A stretch of 64,000 bases of DNA from Candidatus Bathyarchaeota archaeon (GTDB lineage: Archaea > Thermoproteota > Bathyarchaeia > Bathyarchaeales > Bathycorpusculaceae): NCBI GenBank assembly GCA_963780185.1, contig CAWABA010000009.1:128001-192000 (forward strand). The letters are read 5' to 3'. Both the position numbers and the translations under genes were made by a program. Positions 49,321 to 58,223 of the stretch are shown one piece after another (position 1 is the stretch's first letter; every line of letters starts with the position of its first letter). The notes beneath the pieces were generated by a model. The model saw only the letters and a program-made list of their open reading frames with translations, was not told the DNA's origin and did no database searches.

Positions 49321-50037
49321 ATGTCCAACTCCAATCTTTTTCTTTATATTGGTAAACCCGTAAAGAACGAGTATGGCCGAGTAATCGGTAAAATTGCTTC
49401 ATTTGCACTAACACCCAGTGGAAAATTCGATGCTGTCTACGTTGAATTTGGCGATGGCCAGTTCACGAAGCAGCCCATGGAAAGCTTACGCTTTAATGGC
49501 GCTGAAATCACTTTCATCACAAAAATCAAATCCCAATCAGGCATCTTATGCGACCACATACCCTTGATCTGGCGCAAAGACCAAGCTCTCAAAGACCTTC
49601 TGGACAAGAAAAAGATCACTCCGGAAGTCTTCCAGGACCTTCACAACAGCTTCACCAACGTGCTCTCCTCACTTAGGAAAGACGCTCAGGAAATCGTCGA
49701 CGACGCAACCGTTGAAATCGAACGGTGCAAAGACGAAATAACCTCTCTTAGCTACGCCATCGCTAACCTGGAAATTGAGCATGAGATAGGCAAGGTAGAT
49801 GAAGAAAACTACAAGAATGCCTTTGCCGCGCTTCAAGATGCCCTTAGACGTGCAACTTCAGAAAGAACAGACTACGAACTGACGAAAAGCAAAGTTTCAA
49901 GCGTGCTCCTCGGCGACAACCAAGATGTTCTACAACGATCGAAGACTTACGCTGAACAAGTGAACAATGCAGCTCAGAAACTGCCTGAACCCCCAGTTGT
50001 TGTCTACGTTAAAGAAGTAGGGAAAGCGGGCATCTAA
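49321..50037 (+). CDS. cdvA: CdvA-like cell division protein
   Basis: PRC-barrel-like YIGKPVKNEYGRVIGKI, coiled coil with LEIEHEIG, C-terminal PVVVYV; lies between the two ESCRT-III genes. Confidence 0.85.
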   Translation: MSNSNLFLYIGKPVKNEYGRVIGKIASFALTPSGKFDAVYVEFGDGQFTKQPMESLRFNGAEITFITKIKSQSGILCDHIPLIWRKDQALKDLLDKKKITPEVFQDLHNSFTNVLSSLRKDAQEIVDDATVEIERCKDEITSLSYAIANLEIEHEIGKVDEENYKNAFAALQDALRRATSERTDYELTKSKVSSVLLGDNQDVLQRSKTYAEQVNNAAQKLPEPPVVVYVKEVGKAGI

Positions 50038-50078
50038 TCGCCCAAACAAAGTGGAGACGCCACGCGGAGGGATAAGGC

Positions 50079-50975
50079 ATCAAAGTACTAAGCAACCCCA
50101 CCCCTCCCCCTATCCGTGAAGTCGCCACAAAATCAATAACCACACTAAAAATTCAACAAGGCAAACTTGAACAAGCCAGTTACCGCCTCAAAGAAAGAGA
50201 CCGAATACTTTTTGAATCGTGCATGGGCGCACTGAAAAAAAATAACCGTGAAAAAGCCGCCATATGCGCGACGGAACTGGCTGAAGTAAGAAAACTTGTA
50301 AAGTTTCTCTACAACGTCCAATTAGCTATTGAACGAGTAATGATGCGCCTCGAAACCATAAGAGAACTAGGCGACATCGTTACTGATCTAAAGCCTGCCC
50401 TGCGTTTACTGCAAGGCGTTTCCCAAGAGCTGTTCCAGGTTCTTCCCGACGTCAGCTCGGAGCTTGACAGCGTTAACGTCGCAATCCAAGACACGTTGCA
50501 CGCAGCCAGCATCACAACTGACGAAAACGTGATTCCTGTCGGCAAAAAAACCGAGGGCGGCGAAGCAATCCTTAAAGAAGTTACATCGTTCATGCAGCAG
50601 AAAATATCTGAAACCCTTCCTGAGCCTCCGATTGGAGCGCCGCAGGTGAAGGAAAAGACCCCCATCAGGGAGATGGTTGCCTTAACCGCAACTTCTTCGC
50701 AGATGATCGGGCACAAAACCACGGAGGAAACCGGGTTTGACCCCGAGAAGTCCCTGTTTTCCTACAAGAAGCAGGAGATAAAAGAGTTCTCGCTTAGAGT
50801 TCAGAACCAGTCGCTTGAAGACGTCTTGATGGAGTATGTCCGCAAGACCAACGGGGAAATCGACCTCAGCCGATGCTCAAGTGAACTTCAAACTTCAAAC
50901 GAAGAAATAGAGCGTGCCCTCGAAAGTTTAGGAACAAAGGGCAAAATAAAAATTGAGTTAAAATCGCCAGAGTAG
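50079..50975 (+). CDS. cdvB: ESCRT-III CdvB with a MIM2-like motif and C-terminal winged helix
   Basis: The Snf7 helix continues in frame upstream of the ATG at 50223 (KIQQGKLEQASYRLKERDRILF); ATELAEVRK; LPEPP; YVRKTNGEIDLSRCSSEL...ERALESLGTKGKIKI. Confidence 0.88.
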   Translation: MKVLSNPTPPPIREVATKSITTLKIQQGKLEQASYRLKERDRILFESCMGALKKNNREKAAICATELAEVRKLVKFLYNVQLAIERVMMRLETIRELGDIVTDLKPALRLLQGVSQELFQVLPDVSSELDSVNVAIQDTLHAASITTDENVIPVGKKTEGGEAILKEVTSFMQQKISETLPEPPIGAPQVKEKTPIREMVALTATSSQMIGHKTTEETGFDPEKSLFSYKKQEIKEFSLRVQNQSLEDVLMEYVRKTNGEIDLSRCSSELQTSNEEIERALESLGTKGKIKIELKSPE

Positions 50976-51002
50976 GAAAAAGGAGAAGGAGAGAGAAAAT
51001 AG

Positions 51003-52178
51003 ATGAGCGCTTCAAACGAACTTGAAAAAGCAGCGACAGCGTATGCCTTGGATGCTGTACGTTTAGATAAGCAAGGCCAAAAGGGAAGAGCAATCACACT
51101 TTACCAAAAAGCAATCGAAGCCCTCTTGCAGCTTGTCCAACTTTACCCCGAATACGGTTTAAACAAAGTCTACGTTCAGCGAGCAATCGCCTACCAGGAA
51201 AGAATCAAAGCGTTGCAGGGAGCCGTTTCCTCTACAGAGATGAATGAGGCGGCAAACAACAGCGAAGGCGGAGGAGCCACAATGGACGCCAGCGGCGGAG
51301 TCTCAAAGCCAAATGAAGAGCTTGTCATGACTGAGAAACCTAAAGTAAACTGGGACGAAGTAGTAGGTTTAGACGTCGCAAAAAAAGCCGTCAAAGAAGC
51401 TATCGTTTATCCAGTTCAAAGACCCGACCTGTTCCCGCTAGGTTGGCCGCGAGGTATACTGCTTTTCGGTCCTCCAGGCTGCGGCAAAACCCTGTTGGCA
51501 GCGGCGGTTGCAACGGAGATCGACGCCAACTTCTACTCGATTGATGCAGCTTCCATCATGTCTAAGTGGCTTGGGGAAGCAGAACAGAACGTCGCTAAAC
51601 TTTTCGGTTCAGCCCGCAAATCCGCAATCGAAGGCAGACCAGCAATCGTGTTCGTCGACGAGTTAGATTCTTTGATGGGTGCGCACTCAAACGAAGTCGG
51701 CGGAGAAATCCGTGTCCGCAACCAATTCCTCAAAGAAATGGACGGCATAGTGGACAAAGGCAAAAACCTTCACGTTTACGTCATCGGCGCAACCAACAAG
51801 CCGTGGGATCTGGACTGGGCATTTATCCGTCGGTTCCAGAAGAGAATCCTTGTCCCGCTCGCAGACAACGCAACAAGACTCAACATGTTCAAAGTTTACA
51901 CGAGCACTCTGCAGATCGCCGGCGACGTTGAACTCGACGAGTTGGCGCGGATTTCCGAAGGCTTCTCAGGAAGCGACATACGGGACGTTTGCCAATCAGC
52001 ACAGCTTAGTCTGATAGGAGAATTCTTCGAGTCAGGCCAAGCAATGGACAAAGCAGCGAATCCGCGGGCTCTGACGATGGCTGACTTCCGACAGATCCTT
52101 GAAGAACGCAAACCAAGCGTCTCCCTTGACATGCTAACGGCATATAACCGTTGGTTCGAAGCATTCAAAGCACTCTAA
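51003..52178 (+). CDS. cdvC: Vps4/CdvC MIT-AAA+ ATPase
   Basis: MIT helix (AVRLDKQG...YQKAIE), GILLFGPPGCGKT, MSKWLGEAE, FVDELD, ATNKPW, RRFQKRI. Confidence 0.95.
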   Translation: MSASNELEKAATAYALDAVRLDKQGQKGRAITLYQKAIEALLQLVQLYPEYGLNKVYVQRAIAYQERIKALQGAVSSTEMNEAANNSEGGGATMDASGGVSKPNEELVMTEKPKVNWDEVVGLDVAKKAVKEAIVYPVQRPDLFPLGWPRGILLFGPPGCGKTLLAAAVATEIDANFYSIDAASIMSKWLGEAEQNVAKLFGSARKSAIEGRPAIVFVDELDSLMGAHSNEVGGEIRVRNQFLKEMDGIVDKGKNLHVYVIGATNKPWDLDWAFIRRFQKRILVPLADNATRLNMFKVYTSTLQIAGDVELDELARISEGFSGSDIRDVCQSAQLSLIGEFFESGQAMDKAANPRALTMADFRQILEERKPSVSLDMLTAYNRWFEAFKAL

Positions 52179-52456
52179 TGGAGGGCAAAAACAAAACCGA
52201 AAAATGGGTTGGGTGGAAAGGCCTGGAGACTTATGTTTTTTACGCTCTCCCTTCTCCCCCCTCAAATTATCTCCAGACCCCACAACCCAACAAAATTTTT
52301 TTGAACGAACCGTTGAGACTTGTTTTTTGGCTTTCCCAAAAGTCAAAAAATAGGAAAAAAAGAATTAGTTAACGCAATCCAAGCAAACGTAACGAGTTTT
52401 GTCTGAATTACAACTATACAAAACTTAAAGACAAAGTCACGTAATAAGAGATAGCG

Positions 52457-53226
52457 GTGTCGCTCTTGGCTGACCCAACAACCGAATTAGCGAAGGAATT
52501 CTTGGAGATAAACAATTACATAGTGAGAAAGGAAACTAAATTTAAAAAGAACAAGAAGAAACAGGGAACTCCTAGTCGATATTGACATTATTGCAATAAG
52601 TCCTAAAGGTATTCAAACAAAAGAGCTACAGCTCGGTGAATGCGTACTAGCTGAAGTCAAGAACTGGTCTATACGAAATAAGATAACTTTGGATGAAGTG
52701 TACAAAGATAAGTTTCATTTCATTGAGTCACAGAAACAATCTGCTTGGTCGCAATTGAAAGAACTCATGCCAACTAGAAAGTTTGATAGGGTAATCTTCT
52801 GTTTTGCGACAAACCAATCTACATATGATTATGCATTGAACAAGTATGGCATTAAAATGATAACAACGGGTCAAATGATTAAGAGCATAGCAAGTGCTGT
52901 AAAAACTTGTGGGAACTTCACCTATTACCCTGAAAGATACAATTATCATGTCATAAGAAGCTTAATGCAATATTTGTACAAGTGTAGTCTTTACAAAGAC
53001 GAGTCTGACTTTAGAAGACATAGTCTGGATAGACTCGTATAACGAGAAGAGATACAGGAACATGTTTGCTGACCGAAACTCCAAATTTTTTGAAGAATTC
53101 GTTTATCAGCAATCATCTGGTGAAATTTTCTCCAAACTTCTTGAACGCTGTGAAAAAAATGACCCTGATTGGTTAAAGCGCAAACTAAAAGAGAACCCGC
53201 AGTTTTGGAAATACTTAACCAGTTAG
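52457..53226 (+). pseudogene. PD-(D/E)xK restriction-endonuclease-like gene with at least 2 frameshifts (pseudogene or assembly error)
   Basis: Hand translation: TELAKEFLEINNYIVRKE / DIDIIAISP...CVLAEVKNW, joining ORF 52689-53042; AT-rich. Confidence 0.6.
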
Positions 53227-53335
53227 CAAACCATACAACCTTAAAGCTGAAAAAGAATTAAGAGAAAGGGCACATGGGCATGCTTGGAATTTAGACTGAC
53301 GCTTTCACCTGAGGCGTTCCGAAATGGAAATACTT

Positions 53336-53370
53336 TCTGCAGGGGTTCGCAGGTTCGAATTCTGCCCGCA
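53336..53370 (+). other. tRNA 3'-half remnant (variable arm plus T-arm, Leu/Ser-like); possible att-site scar
   Basis: tctgcaggggttc-GCAGG-TTCGAAT-TCTGC-ccgca. Confidence 0.55.
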
Positions 53371-53609
53371 GAATTGCCCATGAGTTTTCTTCGTTGAAGT
53401 TTTGGTTGTCTCATTTGGGAATTTAGTGCCTAAGCTTTGAATGCGGCAATCTATGAGTTCGGTTTATGTGTTCGGCAAAGCTGGAAATGCTTCTTTTTTT
53501 TAACGCGGAATTCAATGCTGGAAGTCGTAGCTTAATCTAAACAAAGAAACCGTGAAAAGTGAAATTTAGACAGGCAGATGTTCAAATAATCAAACGTTAA
53601 TTCATGCTT

Positions 53610-53939
53610 TTAGATGTCTGTTCGGTTTCTCTGGAATTCCGCTCCGCATGCCAATAATCCGCTCAGGTGGTTTTCGACTTTGAACCTGTATGTTTGGGCG
53701 TTTCCTATTTTTCTTGTTTGGGCGACTAACCCCATTTTCTCCAGTTTTTCAAGTGCCGTTTTGGTTGTTTTATAGGATTGGTTGGTTGATTCTGCCAAAA
53801 TAGAAATTGTTTGCTCCATGTTCCCAACGATTAGGGCTTGGTCAAGGAGGCGCGCGACTGGTCCACCAAATACGCTTGTAAATGGTCCTCTTGTGGCGTA
53901 TTCTTCGGCATCTTTTGATTCTTTTTTAAGTAGTTGCAT
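53610..53939 (-). CDS. Winged-helix DNA-binding protein
   Basis: VFGGPVARLLD...TISILAESTNQSYKTTKTALEKLEKMGLVAQTRKIGNAQTYR. Confidence 0.8.
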   Translation of the reverse strand: MQLLKKESKDAEEYATRGPFTSVFGGPVARLLDQALIVGNMEQTISILAESTNQSYKTTKTALEKLEKMGLVAQTRKIGNAQTYRFKVENHLSGLLACGAEFQRNRTDI

Positions 53940-53968
53940 TTGGCTAGTCCTTACTCCCGCTTTAATAA

Positions 53969-53997
53969 TGCGTTAATCTTGCGTTACTAATGCGTTA
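53969..53997. promoter_or_regulatory. Three phased TGCGTTA direct repeats
   Basis: TGCGTTA starts at 53969, 53980 and 53991 (11-bp period) between two divergent genes. Confidence 0.55.
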
Positions 53998-54104
53998 TAA
54001 TTATGGCGGAAGTGCCACATAAGTTTTACTATTCTCCAATGAGATTGTAAAAAATTCCAATTAACCAAAAAGCTTAAAACAATTTCAACTCAAACTTTGT
54101 AAAC

Positions 54105-54455
54105 ATGCCCAATAATCGGCTCTCCTCACTAAAGCCAAAAGAGCGCATGCTTGCAGGGTTCATTCTACATAAACTGTGGCTAGACAGGTATTGGTGTGGT
54201 GAAGGCAGAAGGCAGCATTTGGGCCATACTTCCATCCAAAACTTGCCAAAGGGGCTTCCTAGAAGTGATGCTGGAGACGTTATGCAGGTTGCAGAGAAGC
54301 TCCGTCGGCTTGGATTTATCAGTTTTGTAAGCGCAACAGGGGACACTCATGTTTGCGCCAGTAGAGCGTCTGATATTATAGGTGAGGGACTTGTGGTTGT
54401 GAACGAGTATCGAGTGAACCATGGGTTGCCGCCGCTTCAGAGAAATCAAATATAA
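54105..54455 (+). CDS. Hypothetical protein (HTSIQNLPKG motif; possible winged-helix fold)
   Basis: ILHKLW...HTSIQNLPKGLP...VAEKLRRLGFI. Confidence 0.65.
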   Translation: MPNNRLSSLKPKERMLAGFILHKLWLDRYWCGEGRRQHLGHTSIQNLPKGLPRSDAGDVMQVAEKLRRLGFISFVSATGDTHVCASRASDIIGEGLVVVNEYRVNHGLPPLQRNQI

Positions 54456-54766
54456 TGCTTATCGCAAAAACTTTACCCTGCACCCTAAAAGCCGCGTCCA
54501 TATCCGACAATGTCCGACAATAACTTCAACATAGCGTCAACATGGAAAGTCGCAATCCGCCCATCCCAAACGGGCACTGTTCAAACAGAAGCTAAGCCTA
54601 AACCAAAAAAGCAACCCAAAACACAAAGACCCAACGCGGAAAGTCGCAACTTTCACCAAACCAAAAGTCGCAACTTAAAAAAAGCTAAAAGCCAGCCAGC
54701 GCAGGTAAAAATCTTTTCGGTGGGTACAGTCAATGTTAAATATTTCGTGCATACTCTGGTTTGTTT

Positions 54767-55627
54767 ATGACATATAGATCTCAAGGTGGTTCACCGCGTA
54801 AAGATGCGACGCGGCAATCGTCAAAGTCCGCACGCGAAAAGAAGACGAAAGAGAAAAAGCAACGGGCTGCAGGAAAATACTTGGAAGAAGAAACCCAAGT
54901 TACACCGCAACAAATCGTTGAAAAAACCCTCGGCTGCTTAAGCAGGTTGGGCAGCCAGATTTTTGCTCTCTCACCTTTCAGCCAATACTTTGACCCTTGG
55001 ATCGTGAACCTGCGGCAAATCATCTTTGAATTCGAATCGAACCCCGCCATAAAAGCGGACGAGCAGTTTGTTAAGGAACGCACGCAGGTTTTCCTTGACG
55101 TTGAAGCAGCGCTCGCGGAGAAAAGGGTTCAGGAAGGAAGCCTAACCGGTGAAGCCAAAGAATTAGTAGACAATAACCATCTGCTGGTGGAAACCGACAA
55201 AGAATACGCGGAGAAAACGCGGCAGTTAAGCAACAAACGCAACGTCGATGTGCAACGTTTAAGCACGGAAATCCGTGAGATGGAAGATGATGTGGCAAGT
55301 CAGGAACAAATCAAATTCAGCTTCTACAAGTTCAACGCCAAAAAGAAGGCGGCGGAAAACCTTGCCCAAGCGAGGCAGGCGCTCAAATCTAAGAAAGCAG
55401 AGCTGGAAGTGACACTTTCAAGCTTCACTGCTGACCAAGAAAAACTGCATGACAGCTACGAGAAAAAGAAGCAGGATATCACAGATAAAATCGATAGCCT
55501 ACATAAGACCCTTGAAAAACTTGAAACCGACACATCCGTTGAACCGCGCCAAGCAGCATGCAACGCATTGGCAAATTCGGTAAACGCCCTTCTGCAAAGA
55601 ACCCCGCCGACGACTGAAGAGCAGTAA
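54767..55627 (+). CDS. Coiled-coil hypothetical protein
   Basis: Long heptad-rich ORF; LGSQIFALSPFSQYFD block. Confidence 0.75.
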   Translation: MTYRSQGGSPRKDATRQSSKSAREKKTKEKKQRAAGKYLEEETQVTPQQIVEKTLGCLSRLGSQIFALSPFSQYFDPWIVNLRQIIFEFESNPAIKADEQFVKERTQVFLDVEAALAEKRVQEGSLTGEAKELVDNNHLLVETDKEYAEKTRQLSNKRNVDVQRLSTEIREMEDDVASQEQIKFSFYKFNAKKKAAENLAQARQALKSKKAELEVTLSSFTADQEKLHDSYEKKKQDITDKIDSLHKTLEKLETDTSVEPRQAACNALANSVNALLQRTPPTTEEQ

Positions 55628-55653
55628 ACGCGGCAAGCGCTAAACTGCCGAAC

Positions 55654-55878
55654 TTAGTTGGCTTTAAGCGGGTTTACGCTTGGCTGCTCACTTAGTTGCT
55701 GTTGCCCCATCAGGGTCTTAAGAGTTTTAGCTTCTTCCCGCAGAGAAGCAACCTCAGATTCCAACGCGGAGGCTTTTGCATCAGCCATTTTTTTGAGGTC
55801 ATCAATTTCAGCAAGAAGACTCTTCTTTTCAGCTTCCAAATTCTTGATTTTCTCAATCGTGTTTTGCAGGCTACTCAT
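55654..55878 (-). CDS. Small coiled-coil protein
   Basis: IEKIKNLEAEKKSLLAEIDDLKK...LESEVASLREE. Confidence 0.7.
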   Translation of the reverse strand: MSSLQNTIEKIKNLEAEKKSLLAEIDDLKKMADAKASALESEVASLREEAKTLKTLMGQQQLSEQPSVNPLKAN

Positions 55879-56113
55879 TCCAGTTACCCCTCAGCGGTTA
55901 TACATTTACCCGATGCACACTTAAGACTTTTGCAAAACCCAACTTTCCGAGCAAGCCGCGAAGGAAAACTTTTGCGGAAAAAGTTTGCGAAAGTGAGTTA
56001 GGGCTGTTTTGCCAAGGCAGAAAGCGGCGTTGTGGGTTGATAATGTAGTTTTTATATAGGCATTCGCAGATTAAACATATTGCTTAACGTTCATATTGTT
56101 GGATTGTGTCGGA

Positions 56114-57460
56114 ATGAGGAAGACCATATTTAAGAAGTTGGAAGCTCAAGGGCTAATCGCCAACTATAACCGTTTGAGAAAGAATTTGCCTCCTAAGCTT
56201 CCTGACCGCGCTTTTATTTGGGATGAAACTTTTCGGGAAGGCATCAAGGCGCCGACGGTTTATTTGACTTATTCGGAGCAGGTTAGGCTTGCCAAGCTGA
56301 TGGACGAGGCAGGCATCTCTTTAATCAATGTTGGTTTCCCCGCTTTATCCGAAGACGAGAAACGCAATGTTAAACGCATCGTGAACGAAAGCTTCAGCAA
56401 CGTCAAACTTACCGCGTCCGCGGAACCGACCAAAAACAGCATCAACGCCTGTTTAGAATGCGGAATCAAAGAAATCACCATTGAAACACCCATTAACGGA
56501 TTAAACCTGCAGCATAAACTTAAGCTAACTAAAGCTCAGGCTCTTGATCGGCTTGCTGACGGCATAGATTACGCGAAGAAACATGGGGCAACCGTAGACT
56601 TCGTGCTGGTTGACGGAACCCGAACAGTGCTTGAAGACATCTTGGATATTTTCGGAGTTGCAGCTAAGGCAGGAGCAAAAACCTTGGGATTAGCCGACAG
56701 CGTGGGATTCATTAGACCCCTTTCGATGCGTTATTTGATAGCTCATGTACGCGACGGGTTGCCTGACTCGATACGAAGCAAAGTCCCCTTGTCAATTCAC
56801 TGTCACAACGATTTCGGCTTGGCTACAGCTAACACGTTAGCCGCGATGGAAGAAGGCGTCGCTTACCTGCACACCTGCATCGCTGGCTTTGGTGAACGCG
56901 CTGGAATCGCGCCGTTTGAAGAAGTAGTTACAGGGGCAGAACTGCTCTACAACATTGACACTGGCATAGACATGGGAAAGATTTACCGCCTCGCCCAAGC
57001 AGCAGAAAAAGCATTCGCGCTCCCAATCCAATTCCACAAACCCATAATCGGAGAAAACATCTTCACTCATGAGGTCGAGGAAGAAGTTGAGGAAATGATG
57101 GCTCAACCCCTACTATACGAGCCGTTCCCACCTGAAATCGTAGGCAGAGAAACAACCATCTTCATAGGCAGAAGCACAGGGCAAACCTTGATTCAGAAGC
57201 TTTTAGAAAAAGCTGGAGTCCGTGCGTCTCCCCGCCAAATGGACGAGCTTTTCCGCCGTATCAAGGGTCCGCAGGAAAACCTGGACAAAGGCGAAGCGCA
57301 AATGACGTATTATCAAGTGAAACGGCTCATGAAGGACCTGCTTAAAGGCTACACGATGGATGAGTTCTGGCGACTTGTTGAGCAAGTGACAAGGCAGAAA
57401 CCGAAGCTTCCTAAAGACGAAAAGAAATCTACTCAAACCGCTGACCAACTAGTTACTTAA
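56114..57460 (+). CDS. Divergent LeuA/homocitrate/citramalate synthase-like DRE-TIM protein
   Basis: WDETFREG, VGFPA, LADSVG, IHCHNDFGLATANTL, GFGERAG, PIIGENIFTHE, YEPFPPEIVGR. Confidence 0.8.
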   Translation: MRKTIFKKLEAQGLIANYNRLRKNLPPKLPDRAFIWDETFREGIKAPTVYLTYSEQVRLAKLMDEAGISLINVGFPALSEDEKRNVKRIVNESFSNVKLTASAEPTKNSINACLECGIKEITIETPINGLNLQHKLKLTKAQALDRLADGIDYAKKHGATVDFVLVDGTRTVLEDILDIFGVAAKAGAKTLGLADSVGFIRPLSMRYLIAHVRDGLPDSIRSKVPLSIHCHNDFGLATANTLAAMEEGVAYLHTCIAGFGERAGIAPFEEVVTGAELLYNIDTGIDMGKIYRLAQAAEKAFALPIQFHKPIIGENIFTHEVEEEVEEMMAQPLLYEPFPPEIVGRETTIFIGRSTGQTLIQKLLEKAGVRASPRQMDELFRRIKGPQENLDKGEAQMTYYQVKRLMKDLLKGYTMDEFWRLVEQVTRQKPKLPKDEKKSTQTADQLVT

Positions 57461-57620
57461 ACAATTGCCTAAACGGTTGGAAACGACCAAACTTCCCCAA
57501 CCATTTGATTTTTTGATGGCTCCTAGCAAACGATTTGATTTTTTCGATAGCTAACTCTGAATCTGGTTTGGCTAACCAAAGAGCATAAAAAGTAAGCATG
57601 CGATAGAAGAGTGGTCTAAT

Positions 57621-58223
57621 ATGAGCCCTAAATGGCTATCAAAAACACCCGGTCAACCTGTGCCGCCTAACGCCCAGCTTCAGTTGACTTCGGAGAGGAG
57701 CCAGTTTACACTGGGAGACCACGTCAAGGGCGGAATCAAAATTGTTTCTCAAGAAGAATTCGACGTTAACCAGGCGCTTGTTTGCTTATCCTGTAACGAA
57801 AACGTCCGAAGAAACAAAGTTTGGACAAACCAATTCGGCGTTCAGCAAAGTGACTACTGGGAGAACGCAGTCACCTACAGCACCACCTTCAAACTGTTTG
57901 AATTCGTACATATCCCGCAGGGCTTCTGCGCCAGCTACCAATATGACTTGGAAATTTCACCCGCCGCAAGAGAAACACTCTACAGCATAGACCACTACGT
58001 CAAATGGCTGCTGTCCGCAGTTCTCCAAGTAAAAGACCGCCCAAACATCCTAACCCAAAACTATGAAATACAAGTCGAAAAACCAGCAGTCGACCAAGCG
58101 ACACCCGTCATCACGAAAGAGGTGGAGCGAGAAATAGTGTTAATCCCCTGCAGCTACTGCGGTTCGCTGATGCCTCAATCCGCAATCTTTTGCCCAAACT
58201 GCGGCGCTAGAAAGAAATCGTAA
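57621..58223 (+). CDS. Arrestin-N/SpoOM-like beta-sandwich protein with a C-terminal Zn ribbon
   Basis: FTLGDHVKGGIKI...IPQG...YQYDLEISP...VKWLLSAVLQV...EIQV; CSYCG...FCPNCG. Confidence 0.7.
   Translation: MSPKWLSKTPGQPVPPNAQLQLTSERSQFTLGDHVKGGIKIVSQEEFDVNQALVCLSCNENVRRNKVWTNQFGVQQSDYWENAVTYSTTFKLFEFVHIPQGFCASYQYDLEISPAARETLYSIDHYVKWLLSAVLQVKDRPNILTQNYEIQVEKPAVDQATPVITKEVEREIVLIPCSYCGSLMPQSAIFCPNCGARKKS

Noticed and set aside
54510-54770. 86-aa ORF
   Set aside because: Low-complexity K/P/Q translation of A-rich repeated intergenic DNA; no protein motif
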